From Flavobacteriales bacterium (GTDB taxonomy: Bacteria > Bacteroidota > Bacteroidia > Flavobacteriales_F > PHOS-HE28), in the NCBI GenBank assembly GCA_016705955.1, contig JADJKO010000006.1:195817-259816 (forward strand): 64,000 nt of DNA. Reading direction: 5' to 3'. Positions 9,570-18,896 of the stretch are shown here, in pieces (within the stretch, counting starts at the first letter, position 1; each line of letters begins with the position of its first letter). The position numbers were made by a program, and so were the translations under genes. The notes beneath the pieces were generated by a model. It was given only the letters and a program-made list of their open reading frames with translations, had not been told where the DNA came from and ran no database searches.

Positions 9570-9971
9570 TTATTTGTTGGAGAAGACTCTTTTGCGTTCG
9601 CGCACGAAGGAACGGATCCGATCACGTTCACGGAACAGCACCCACAGACACGAGGCGGTTACGATCAGCGCCATGATGAACAGGGTCCCGCCATCATCCA
9701 TCACCACGATACCAATGACCGTGAGATGAGTGACGATCGCTCCGGCCATGATCCCCGCAGCAAGCAAAGCACCCATCCACGCGGTCCGGGAAATGATCAG
9801 CAGGACTACAGCGATCAGCTCCATCACGCCACTCCCGATCCTGCCAGCGGGTTCCGCACCGATGGAGGAGAAGATGTAAACGGATTCCGGCGCCGCGTTG
9901 AATTTGAACCACAGCGTTTGCAGCAGGATGATGGCCGCAAGGAGGTCGGGTAGTCGTTTGAGATAGCGCAT
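9570..9971 (-). CDS. DoxX family membrane protein
   Basis: It is 133 aa with four TM helices in the DoxX pattern (GSGVMELIAVVLLII...AGIMAGAIVTHL). Confidence 0.7.
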   Translation of the reverse strand: MRYLKRLPDLLAAIILLQTLWFKFNAAPESVYIFSSIGAEPAGRIGSGVMELIAVVLLIISRTAWMGALLAAGIMAGAIVTHLTVIGIVVMDDGGTLFIMALIVTASCLWVLFRERDRIRSFVRERKRVFSNK

Positions 9972-10098
9972 GGTGTTCCGGAATGCAGAGCGTTGGTCCA
10001 GCCTCAGGCGATATCCTTACACGTCGGGGTTCTTTCCGGGCTCCTGTAACTTTCTTTTCACCTCCCCGTCCCACCTTTGATCAGCGGTTCCCTCTCCG

Positions 10099-10584
10099 AT
10101 GACCATTGCCGACTACAACACCTCCGTGGACCTGCATGCCGATGGCATCTACCGTTTCGCGGTGAAGCATCTGCGGGATGAGGAGCTGGCCAAGGATGTG
10201 GTACAAGAAACCTTCGCCCGGCTGTGGATGAAAGTACACGAGGTGGATGCAGCGAAGGCCAAGAGCTACCTCTTCACCACGGCCCACCACGCCATGGTGG
10301 ACGAAGTGCGGAAAGGGAAGCGCAGCACACGGATGGAAGAGCACCACGAGAATATCCGGCACGCGAGCCAAGGCCAGCCCGACCTGAAGGAAGTGCTGGA
10401 TCAAGCGCTCGCCACCCTGCCGGACATCCAACGCAGTGTGGTGCTCTTGCGCGATCTGGAAGGATACACCTACGAGGAGATCGCGGAACTCACCGGACTC
10501 AACCTTCCGCAGGTGAAAGTGTACATCTATCGCGGACGCACCGCGCTGAAGGAATACATCGGACAACTCGACCTCGTCCTGTGA
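10099..10584 (+). CDS. RNA polymerase sigma-70 factor, ECF subfamily
   Basis: Region 2 is YRFAVKHLRDEELAKDVVQETFARLW. Region 4 is LPDIQRSVVLLRDLEGYTYEEIAELTGLNLPQVKVYIYRGRTAL. Confidence 0.9.
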   Translation: MTIADYNTSVDLHADGIYRFAVKHLRDEELAKDVVQETFARLWMKVHEVDAAKAKSYLFTTAHHAMVDEVRKGKRSTRMEEHHENIRHASQGQPDLKEVLDQALATLPDIQRSVVLLRDLEGYTYEEIAELTGLNLPQVKVYIYRGRTALKEYIGQLDLVL

Positions 10585-11915
10585 AGCAACGCATCGACCA
10601 TAGCAACTACGAAGCATGGCTTCTGGACCGGATGGAGGGAAACCTCACGCCGGACCAGGAGCATGAGCTTAAGGTGTTCCTGCTCTTGCACCCGGAGTTG
10701 GATCCCGGCAATGATGAGTTGCCAACGGTGCGCGGTGATGTGGGCCTTCTGAATGCAGGATCCCTGAAGCGCGACCTACCACCGATCAGTGAGGTGAACG
10801 CGCTGAACGTGGAGGATCACCTGATCGCCCGGTTGGAGAACGACCTGTCCGCCGCACAACTTGAAAAGCTGGAATCCTTCCTCCGCGCGCACCCTGAATT
10901 CGCACGCACGGCACAGTTGTACAGGTTGGCCAAGTCCGCACCGGAGGTGATCACCTCGATCGACAAGAGTGGACTGTATCAAAGCATTCCTCCGGAAGGA
11001 TTGGTTACGAGGGCCACGTTGAATGATCACTTGGTCGCGAAGCTCGAAGGCGATCTGACGAAAGAACAGGACGAAGCACTTTCCACATTGCTGTTGAATG
11101 ATGCACATGCGGCGCGCCAGTGGAAGTTGATGCAGGCCACACGCGTAGCACCGGAAACCATTCCATTCCCGGACAAGGATTCCTTGAAGAAAGGCGGCAA
11201 GGTGATCGCCTTCCGCTCTTCATCCGTACTGGTGCGCTTGGCCGCTGCGGCGTCCATCACCTTGCTTATCGGCATGGCGTGGTGGCTCTGGTTGCGCCCG
11301 GATGGGAACGCCCCGCAGATCGCAGAGGGAGTTGATCCCGTGCAGAAGATCGAACGGTCAACAGGAACGCACACACCGGACAGCGTTGCACCGATCAAGA
11401 ATGAAGGACCGGTTACCAATGAGAAGGATTCTCCGGCCGTGAAGGAACCAACACCGGGCCGCCGCGAAGAACCGATAACCCCAACACCGAAGGCCCCGCA
11501 ACCCGAGCACGTACCGGAGCGGATCCTACCCAATGGTCCGTTGGCAGAACAGCCCAAGGACCGGGCACCGGAGGAACAACCATTGATCCAAGACCGCAGC
11601 CAGCCAGTGGTGCCTCCAACGAAAGAGCCGACAACTGCAGAGCAACCGGCCCTCGCGGCGGCTACCCCACAGCAAGGAACCACACGCACCTTGGGTGAAG
11701 CATTCGCTGGTGTGGTCCGGGAGCGCGTGCTCGATGCACCCGACAGAACCACCGGAACCTTGGATGGCACCGATGCCGTTGCCGCCGTCGATCGTGGATT
11801 GAAGGCCGTGGCCGGTGATCGCGCCGGACTTACCGTAGGCCGCGATGCACAAGGCCGGGCCAAGCGCTTCGACCTGCGACTGGGTCGCAACCTGGGCATC
11901 AGCGCGAGTCGCTAG
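10581..11915 (+). CDS. anti-sigma factor (single-pass membrane protein with proline-rich periplasmic region)
   Basis: The GTG start at 10581 overlaps the sigma stop (GTGA), which suggests translational coupling. The N-terminal cytoplasmic part contains three copies of the motif L(T/S)xxQxxxLxxFLxxHPE. The TM helix is VLVRLAAAASITLLIGMAWWLWL. A Pro/Glu-rich linker follows it. The track ORF 10224-11915 is in a different frame over its first 357 nt and was rejected. Confidence 0.65.
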   Translation: MKQRIDHSNYEAWLLDRMEGNLTPDQEHELKVFLLLHPELDPGNDELPTVRGDVGLLNAGSLKRDLPPISEVNALNVEDHLIARLENDLSAAQLEKLESFLRAHPEFARTAQLYRLAKSAPEVITSIDKSGLYQSIPPEGLVTRATLNDHLVAKLEGDLTKEQDEALSTLLLNDAHAARQWKLMQATRVAPETIPFPDKDSLKKGGKVIAFRSSSVLVRLAAAASITLLIGMAWWLWLRPDGNAPQIAEGVDPVQKIERSTGTHTPDSVAPIKNEGPVTNEKDSPAVKEPTPGRREEPITPTPKAPQPEHVPERILPNGPLAEQPKDRAPEEQPLIQDRSQPVVPPTKEPTTAEQPALAAATPQQGTTRTLGEAFAGVVRERVLDAPDRTTGTLDGTDAVAAVDRGLKAVAGDRAGLTVGRDAQGRAKRFDLRLGRNLGISASR

Positions 11916-12023
11916 GACCTTCCACTCATCCTTCGTCGTTCGCCGTTCATCATGAACAGGCTATGTGCCGGTAACCTGTCCCGGGGTGTCGCCGTCCCAT
12001 GCATACAAACCAACATCACCGCC

Positions 12024-12398
12024 ATGAAACGCAGGATCCCCCATTTGCTACTGGTCATCGCAACCGTATTCACCATGGGCTACGCGCGTGCTGCCGAACC
12101 GATCCGCCTGAACACGGGCGGCAACGAACGCCCAGCGATCGAACGCGCACTCGAACGTTCGTTGAACCGTCACCTCAGCTTTCCTCTGTTGGAAAAGGGG
12201 GACATGACCGGCAAGGTGTTCGTCTCCTTCGCCATCGACAAGGAGGGCCGCATCGAAGTGCTCTCGTGCAGCTCCACGAATGAACGCCTTCGCGCTTATG
12301 TGCTCCGCAAACTGGCCCTCGTGGATGTGGGGGAGAACCCGGACGGCATCTGGAAGACCAGCCATCTGGTGATCAACTTCCACCCCGAGAACAGTTGA
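12024..12398 (+). CDS. secreted protein, TonB C-terminal-domain-like fold (tentative)
   Basis: It has a signal peptide, MKRRIPHLLLVIATVFTMGYARA. The roughly 100-aa body, GKVFVSFAIDKEGRIEVLSCSS...LRAYVLRKLALVD, resembles TonB_C. It lies in the sigma/anti-sigma operon. Confidence 0.5.
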   Translation: MKRRIPHLLLVIATVFTMGYARAAEPIRLNTGGNERPAIERALERSLNRHLSFPLLEKGDMTGKVFVSFAIDKEGRIEVLSCSSTNERLRAYVLRKLALVDVGENPDGIWKTSHLVINFHPENS

Positions 12399-12423
12399 AC
12401 GCACAACCACCGGACCACAGCAG

Positions 12424-12456
12424 AAGGGCCCCGGAACACGGGGCTCTTTGCTTTTT
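12424..12456 (+). terminator. Rho-independent terminator candidate
   Basis: There is a 9-bp GC-rich stem (aagggcccc / ggggctctt) with loop ggaacac, followed by ttgcttttt. Confidence 0.5.
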
Positions 12457-12515
12457 CACACCACGCTGTAACTCCGTTCGGGGTCGATCGTCCTATGCAC
12501 AGAAGAACAAGGACC

Positions 12516-13514
12516 ATGAAGAAGCTCATCCTCCCGCTCATGCTTTCGATCCTCTGCGATCAAGCATTCGCACAGACCGATACGGCCGCCGCACCGCACC
12601 GCCAAAGCCTGGTGTTGGGTGTGAACGCGCGCGAAGGAGCCTTCGCCAAAGTGCTTACGGAAGGGGATTCCACGAACAAGCCAAGTCCGGTGGTGATCAC
12701 CACCCAACGAAAGAAGATCACCATCCTCACCGAACCGCGGAACTGGACCTCCACTGCGGATAGCATGGCGGACCGACTGAAGGACCTGCGCACCGAGCGA
12801 CGCAACATGTTCACGTATTGGAGCGGGATCGACGTGGGCGTGAACACCCTTTTGGGATCCGACAATTCCACCGACCTATCCGGCAAGGCCGAGTTCATGA
12901 CCATCGACAATGCCAAGTCGCGCTTCCTCTCCATCAACTTCATGGAACAGAAGATCGAATTCGGCAGCCACCACGTCGGCTTGCTCACCGGTCTGGGGTG
13001 GGAGTTCGTGAACTACCGCTTGAAGAACAACACCCTGCTCACCTACAACGCCGATTCCATCTATGGCATCCCCGTCCAGGAACCCGACTTCCGCAAGAAC
13101 AAATTGCGGCAGATGGGATTGCGCGTTCCGTTCATGCTGGAGTTCAACACCAAGCGCGCACCCATGCCTACGGAAGAGGACCTGAATGCCATGCGCCAGG
13201 ATACCACCGGCACCATCGCCCGTCGCTTCGAGCACTCGCGTCACCACAACTTCCACCTCGCCATGGGTGTGGTGGGCAGCTGGTACTTCGACACCATGTA
13301 CAAACAGAAGTACCAACTGGACGGCGACACGGAGAAGGACCGGAGCAAGGGCGACTACCTCCTGCTCCCGTACCGTGCCGCCGCAGCCGTGCGGATCGGG
13401 TACGGCGGCCTCAACCTGTTCGCGGAGTACTCCCTTACCCCGCTGTTCAAGGATGGCAAGGGCCCGGAACTGACGCCGTTCACCGTGGGTCTCACCCTCA
13501 TCGGGTTCAACTAG
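12516..13514 (+). CDS. outer-membrane beta-barrel protein (porin-like, hypothetical)
   Basis: It has a signal peptide, MKKLILPLMLSILCDQAFAQ, alternating amphipathic beta-strand pattern and a C-terminal ...TLIGFN aromatic end. Confidence 0.55.
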   Translation: MKKLILPLMLSILCDQAFAQTDTAAAPHRQSLVLGVNAREGAFAKVLTEGDSTNKPSPVVITTQRKKITILTEPRNWTSTADSMADRLKDLRTERRNMFTYWSGIDVGVNTLLGSDNSTDLSGKAEFMTIDNAKSRFLSINFMEQKIEFGSHHVGLLTGLGWEFVNYRLKNNTLLTYNADSIYGIPVQEPDFRKNKLRQMGLRVPFMLEFNTKRAPMPTEEDLNAMRQDTTGTIARRFEHSRHHNFHLAMGVVGSWYFDTMYKQKYQLDGDTEKDRSKGDYLLLPYRAAAAVRIGYGGLNLFAEYSLTPLFKDGKGPELTPFTVGLTLIGFN

Positions 13515-13555
13515 CACGGCGGCCCGTTCATGGGGCCGGAGCGAAGCGATCCCGT

Positions 13556-13696
13556 CCCCCTTCGGAGTCGTCACTGCGGGCCGTCATCCCGGCCTGTCAT
13601 CCCGGCCCCGAGCCGGGACGGGACGCAGTCTCGTCAGCGTAGCCAGCGCGATCGTCAAGGCCCTTCGCACCCCCGGCTGCCGCGAGTGCGAAGCGC
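13556..13696. repeat. GC-rich palindromic repeat elements (gtcatcccggcc x2 hairpin gccgggacggg; gcgatcgtc motif)
   Basis: Direct and inverted sub-repeats were read from the sequence. The element is related to the one at 14196-14335. Confidence 0.6.
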
Positions 13697-13726
13697 GTGG
13701 CCACCCAGCCCCGTCAACCCCGTCCA

Positions 13727-13775
13727 CCCAACCCAGCACCCCGTCCACCCAACCGAGCACCCCGCCGCACACTAA
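13727..13775. repeat. 2.3 tandem copies of a 21-22-bp unit (ccccgtccacccaacc[c/g]agcac)
   Basis: Read directly from the sequence. Confidence 0.7.
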
Positions 13776-13830
13776 CCCCCTCCGCCGTACGGCCGAAGGA
13801 CAGGGAGAGGGGTCCACTCATCCCCCATTA

Positions 13831-14172
13831 TCTGCCAGACAGGCATCCTGTTGGTCCAGATAGCCATCCCGTTCCTCCAGATACGCATCCCTATCTGCCA
13901 GACAGTCATCCCGTTGGTCCAGATTCGCGTCCTGTTCCTCCGGATTCGCATCCTACCCCATCACTTTCGCATCCTGTCCCATCAGTCTCGCATCCCGTCC
14001 CATCACTTTCGCATCCTGTCCCATCAGTCTCGCATCCTGCCCCATCACTTTCGCATCCCGTCCCATCACTTTCGCATCCTGTCCCACCACTTTCGCATCC
14101 TGTCCCACCACTTTCGCATCCTGTCCCACCACCTTCGCATCCTGTCCCATCACTTTCGCATCCTGTCCCACC
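13831..14172. repeat. tandem repeat array, 21-bp period, about 16 copies (2 x 63-bp higher-order unit, then about 10 x cccatcactttcgcatcctgt)
   Basis: Aligning the 21-mers in register from 13831 gives the conserved core (t/c)cgcatcc(t/c)gt. No stop codons occur in any frame, which produces spurious ORFs on both strands (13697-14239+, 13851-14201+, 13906-14274-, 13953-14237-). Confidence 0.85.
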
Positions 14173-14195
14173 TCGCGCAACCTTCGCACGGAGCG

Positions 14196-14335
14196 CTCTG
14201 ACCCTCCCCTGCGGGGAGGGCAGGGTGGGGCGAGCATAGCCCCCGCGATCGTCGGTCATTGCGCAGCGCGTCATTGCGAGCGCAGCGAAGCAACCGCGTC
14301 AGGCGCAGCCACCACGATCATCAATCAACGCGGAG
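14196..14335. repeat. GC-rich palindromic elements (hairpin ccctcccc-tgc-ggggaggg; gtcattgcg[c/a]agcgc...gcgaagcaacc motif)
   Basis: A perfect 8-bp stem lies at 14203-14221. The gtcattgcgagcgcagcgaagcaa-type element resembles interspersed repeats common in Bacteroidota genomes. Confidence 0.55.
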
Positions 14336-14386
14336 CAGTCCAGCCCAAGCGGCTACTTTAGCGGTCCTTTCAACAGAACGCACACA

Positions 14387-15139
14387 ATGGGTCGCATTTT
14401 CGAGAAGCGCAAACACAAGATCTTCGCGCGCAACGCCAAGCTCAGCAAACTCTTCACCCGCATCGGCAAGGAGATCGCCATGGCCGTCAAAGCCGGTGGT
14501 CCCAATCCGGATAACAATGGCCGGTTGAAGGTGGCCATCCAGAACGCACGCGGCATGAACATGCCGAAGGACAACATCGACCGTGCGATCAAGAAGGCCG
14601 TCGGTGGTGAGGAGGCCGACTTTTCCGAAATGACTTACGAAGGGTATGCGCCCGGTGGCGTGGCCGTGTTCGTGGAGGCCGCTACCAACAACCCCACACG
14701 AACGGTGGCGAACGTGCGCAGCTTCTTTTCCAAGTGCGGCGCGAACATGGGTACCAGCGGATCGCTCAGCCACATCTTCGATCGCAAAGCGGAATTCGTC
14801 ATTGAGACGGCGGCACTGAAGGACCGCGACCCGGATGAGTTCGAGATGGAGGTGATCGACGCCGGTGCCGATGATGTGGTGCGCGATGACGAGGGCTTCG
14901 TCATCTACGCACCGTTCCATTCCTTCGGGGACATGCAACAGAAGCTTGATGCGCTGGGCGTGGAATCGAAGAGTGCGGAGCTGAAACGTTTCCCGCTCAC
15001 CACCACACCGGCCGACATCACCACAGCGCGCGCGGTGCTGAAGTTGGTGGATCTATTGGATGAGGACGAGGACGTGAGTGCCGTGTACCACAACATGGAC
15101 ATCACCGAGGAAGTGGAGGCCGAGTTGGAGAACGGCTGA
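14387..15139 (+). CDS. yebC: YebC/PmpR family DNA-binding transcriptional regulator
   Basis: The N-terminus RIFEKRKHKIFARNAKLSKLFTRIGKEI aligns to the YebC consensus. It is full length at 250 aa. Confidence 0.9.
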   Translation: MGRIFEKRKHKIFARNAKLSKLFTRIGKEIAMAVKAGGPNPDNNGRLKVAIQNARGMNMPKDNIDRAIKKAVGGEEADFSEMTYEGYAPGGVAVFVEAATNNPTRTVANVRSFFSKCGANMGTSGSLSHIFDRKAEFVIETAALKDRDPDEFEMEVIDAGADDVVRDDEGFVIYAPFHSFGDMQQKLDALGVESKSAELKRFPLTTTPADITTARAVLKLVDLLDEDEDVSAVYHNMDITEEVEAELENG

Positions 15140-17067
15140 TCAACGTGCCGTGAAGCGGATGTGGTAGCGCGTACCGCTAGGGTCGCCGTCCACGCTCATG
15201 CGTCCGCTCAATTGCTCCACCAGACTTTCGATCAACGATACGCCCAGCGTTTCGCCGGTGTTCTGGATCTTGTCCTGCGGGATACCTGTTCCATCATCGC
15301 CGTAGATCAGGTCGAATTGGTTGCCATCGGCGCGGTGCAGGGAGAGCGACACGGTTCCCTTGTCCCGGCCATGAAAGGCATGCTTGAATGAATTCGTGAT
15401 CAGTTCGTTCAGTAGAAGACCGAGTGGGACCATGGTGCCCAATCCCAACGTGAGGCCTTGGTCCACCACAACATGATGCCCGATCCGGTCGCTGACGTCG
15501 TTCACCCGTACCAGATCCCCGATGAGTTCTTCGATGTACACCCCCACATCCAACAACGCCAATTCATCCCCCTGTACAACTTCTCATGCAGGAGAGCGAT
15601 GGAGGTGACCCGGCTCTGGCTTTGGTCGAAGGCCTGTTGCAAACGCACATCCGTGTACGACGCTCCCTGTAAGCGCAACAGGCTGGCGACCACCTGCAGG
15701 TTGTTCTTCACCCGGTGGTGCATCTCCTTGATCAGCACCCTGATCCGTTCGTTCGCCTGTTCGATCTTGTCCCGCTCGGATTGAAGCGCGCGTGTCTGTT
15801 CGTCGTCCCGCATCCGCGCGGCTTTCAGGTTCTCCTTCATGCGCGCCAACGCCAATCCGAGCTTGTCCTGTGAACCGCGCACAGTCACCGGTTTATCGTA
15901 ATCCCCTTTGCCGATCGCGTCCGCGCTGTCGGCCAAGGAGCGTAGGTTCTCCGCCATGCCGTTGAAGGCCATGGCCATTTCACCGATCTCATCACCGCTC
16001 GTAACCGGTACATACGCATCCACATCGCCCACGGCCATGGACCGCGCCGCACGCCCCACCTGTTCCACTGTGCCACGCACACCGCGCGTGATCATGATCC
16101 CCATGATCGTGACCGCACCCACGACACCGAGCAACGCGGCCAACACGGCGAAGAGACGCACCTCGGCATCCCTGCTGTTGGCTGCGGTGTTCTGCGTGAT
16201 CAGCTCCAGGGAGTACAACTCCACCGTATGCAACTTCTCCAACGCGATCATGGAAAGTTCCCACCACTCACGCGGGGCTATGGTGAGGTCCGGCGTGCGG
16301 CGCTGCTCCACGGTCCCTACCAGGCTGCGCATGAAATTCACATCGTCCCCTTGGAAGATCTCCTGGTAGGCGCGCAATACCTCCGGTGGTGCATCACGCT
16401 CAAAGAGGAGCATATTGGTCTTGTACTCGGAGACCTGTGCGCCCAACTCCGCCACCTCGGCCATTTCGATCGGGCGCTGCGCATACCCGATGGTGAGTTT
16501 GTCACGCAGGGTGCTCAAGGCCTCCTTGGCCGTGAGCAGTCGGAGGTGCGAATACAAACGATCCTTGGTGAAGGGGTCCAACGCCAACTTACCGGCCTTG
16601 TTCATTTCGGCCAGCAGCGTTTCATCCATGGCACGATAGGTCCGGCTCACGGTAGTAGCCTCGATCCGTCGATCCTTGATCCGTTGACGGAGGATGTGCA
16701 GGCCATCGAAGGGCCGGCTTTCCTGCACGGTGGATCCCATGGCCGCACCTTGCAGGGCAAGATCGGCAAGCGTGCCATCCGTGCGTGAGTATTGCACATC
16801 CAGCTTCATGGCCGACACATTCATGCCGGAGAGGTAGCCCACGGACAGCGCACTTTCACGTTGCACCTCGTGCATCACCCGGGCGTGCAGGCCAATGAGC
16901 AGGGAGCGCTCATAGAAGTACTCCATCACGTCCAACCGTTTCAGGCTGGAGTCGATCTGCTTGCCGATCAAAAGCACCATGCCGAGCACGGGGATCCCCA
17001 AGGTCACCATGAACTTGGTGCGTACCGGCAGGTCAGCAAAGCGCCACTTCACGATCCCAAAGTACAT
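15140..17067 (-). CDS. sensor histidine kinase with NIT (nitrate/nitrite-sensing) periplasmic domain, HAMP, HisKA_2 and HATPase_c; apparent -1 frameshift at C5 run 15568-15572
   Basis: The NIT motif is LHARVMHEVQRESALSVGYLSG...QYSRTD, lying between two TM helices. A HAMP domain follows. The HisKA_2 motif is EMHHRVKNNLQVVASLL. The HATPase_c domain (LGLLLNELITNSFKHAF, DDGTGIP) is in the adjacent frame. Adding one G restores LYRG-DELALLDVGVYIEEL. Track ORFs 15502-17067 and 15140-15562 were joined. Confidence 0.8.
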
Positions 17068-17068
17068 C

Positions 17069-17292
17069 AGCCGGGCGTGCCGGGCTATCCGGCCTTAAAG
17101 CCTTGATTGCTGGGACCCCGTCGGGGTCGAAATACCGACTGCATTGGACCCCGGAGGGGTCACAGCGTGTAGAAGGCGGTAAGTCTATCCGGCGTTAAAG
17201 CCTTGACATTGCTGGGACCCCAACGGGGTCGCAGCCCTGGGGTCTCCCTGCTGGCAAAGGGGATAAGACCCGATAGCCTTGGGCGTGCCGGG
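17069..17292. repeat. intergenic hairpin-repeat element: two roughly 45-bp direct repeats plus three gaccccNNNggggtc hairpins, bounded by the 12-bp direct repeat gggcgtgccggg
   Basis: Repeat 1 is 17086-17130 and repeat 2 is 17176-17222. The hairpins are at 17115-17129, 17147-17161 and 17206-17220. The flanking direct repeat is at 17072-17083 and 17280-17291. Confidence 0.6.
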
Positions 17293-17354
17293 GATGGGGA
17301 GCATCGGCCCGGGTTACTTTCGCCGCATTCGCAGGATCGAATGCGAACGAACCC

Positions 17355-18896
17355 ATGAAACACCAGTTCGACGAGTTGGACGCACGCGCAGCCAAGGCCT
17401 TGGAAGGTGGTGGCCCGGATCGGATCGCCGCACAGCACAAGAAAGGGAAGCTCACCGCGCGTGAACGGGTAGGGCTCCTTTTAGATGAAGGCAGTTTCCA
17501 TGAGCTCGGGCAATTGGTCACCCACCGCAGTGTCAACTTCGGCCTTGAAGAGCAGAAGTTCCTGGGCGACGGTGTGATCACCGGTTATGGGACCATTGAC
17601 GGTCGGATGGTCTACGTGTTCTCACAGGACTTCACGGTCCTCGGCGGGTCATTGGCCGAAGCACATGCCCAGAAGATCTGTCGCATCATGGACCTCGCCA
17701 TGCAGAACGGCGCACCGGTGATCGGGTTGAACGATAGTGGTGGCGCACGGATCCAGGAAGGGGTCGTGAGCCTTGGCGGATACGCCGACATCTTCTACCG
17801 GAATGTTCGTGCCAGTGGGGTCGTGCCGCAGATCAGTGCCATCCTCGGGCCTTGTGCCGGCGGTGCGGTGTACAGTCCAGCGCTCACGGATTTCGTCCTG
17901 ATGACCGAAGGCACCAGCTACATGTTCGTGACCGGCCCGAACGTGGTGAAGACCGTGACCCATGAAGAGGTGAGCAGCGAGGACCTCGGGGGTGCGGTCA
18001 CACATGCAAGCAAGAGCGGCGTGGCGCATTTCACAGCGTCCAATGAATTGGAGAGCATCAAGCAATTGCGCCAACTGGTCGGATACCTGCCATCGAATTG
18101 CGAGGAGGAGCCGCCGGTGCATCCTTACACGAGCAGCGATGAGAGCCGCCCGGAGTTGGACACCATCATGCCCGAGGATCCGAACAAGCCTTACGACATC
18201 AGGCATGTGATGAACGCCGTGATCGACCCGGACAGCAGCTTGGAAGTGCATGCGGAGTATGCGCGGAACATGGTCGTGGGCTTCGCGCGTGTGGCCGGGC
18301 GCACGGTAGGGTGTGTGGCGAACCAGCCTTCGGTTCTAGCGGGCGTGTTGGACATCGATGCATCCATCAAGGCCGCCCGCTTCGTTCGCTTTTGTGATGC
18401 GTTCAACATCCCACTCGTGGTCTTTGTGGATGTCCCCGGCTTCCTCCCCGGGACGGATCAGGAATGGCGCGGGATCATCACCCACGGCGCGAAACTTCTC
18501 TATGCCTTCAGCGAAGCCACGGTACCGCGGATCACGGTGATCACGCGCAAAGCCTATGGCGGCGCATATGATGTGATGAACAGCAAGCACATCGGTTGCG
18601 ACATGAATTTCGCTTGGCCCACGGCGGAGATCGCGGTGATGGGGGCGAAAGGAGCTGCGGAGATCATCTTCAAGAAGGAGATCGACAAAGCGAAGGACAG
18701 GGAAGCACAGCTGAAGGAGAAGGAAGCCGAGTACCGGCAGCAATTCGCCAATCCGTATGAAGCAGCGGCGAGGGGTTATGTGGATGAGGTGATCAGGCCT
18801 TCGCAAACACGCGAGAAAGTGATCGCCGCCTTGGACATGTTGCGCAACAAAGTGGAGAAACTGCCGCGCAAGAAGCACGGGAACATTCCATTGTGA
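17355..18896 (+). CDS. acyl-CoA carboxylase carboxyltransferase subunit (propionyl-CoA carboxylase beta / methylmalonyl-CoA decarboxylase alpha family)
   Basis: It has the carboxyl_trans domain along its full length, including [22 protein letters not shown] and GGARIQEG, and is 513 aa. Confidence 0.9.
   Translation: MKHQFDELDARAAKALEGGGPDRIAAQHKKGKLTARERVGLLLDEGSFHELGQLVTHRSVNFGLEEQKFLGDGVITGYGTIDGRMVYVFSQDFTVLGGSLAEAHAQKICRIMDLAMQNGAPVIGLNDSGGARIQEGVVSLGGYADIFYRNVRASGVVPQISAILGPCAGGAVYSPALTDFVLMTEGTSYMFVTGPNVVKTVTHEEVSSEDLGGAVTHASKSGVAHFTASNELESIKQLRQLVGYLPSNCEEEPPVHPYTSSDESRPELDTIMPEDPNKPYDIRHVMNAVIDPDSSLEVHAEYARNMVVGFARVAGRTVGCVANQPSVLAGVLDIDASIKAARFVRFCDAFNIPLVVFVDVPGFLPGTDQEWRGIITHGAKLLYAFSEATVPRITVITRKAYGGAYDVMNSKHIGCDMNFAWPTAEIAVMGAKGAAEIIFKKEIDKAKDREAQLKEKEAEYRQQFANPYEAAARGYVDEVIRPSQTREKVIAALDMLRNKVEKLPRKKHGNIPL

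Noticed and set aside
10224-10580. The 5' part of track ORF 10224-11915 (563 aa) overlapping the ECF sigma gene
   Set aside because: It is in a different frame from the clearly recognisable sigma-70 gene and has a low-complexity Arg/Pro-rich translation. The real anti-sigma start is the GTG at 10581.
13831-14172. Possible CRISPR array (regular short direct repeats)
   Set aside because: The repeats are contiguous 21-mers with no unique spacers between them. No cas genes or leader are present. It is a minisatellite, not a CRISPR.
13697-14274. Track ORFs inside the repeat island (13697-14239+, 13851-14201+, 13906-14274-, 13953-14237-), which would encode Pro-rich or DGTGCES repeat proteins
   Set aside because: They are open only because the 21-bp unit lacks stop codons in all six frames. 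They have GTG or other non-ATG starts and no signal peptide or known domain, and they mutually overlap. They were retained only as a low-probability alternative in the findings.
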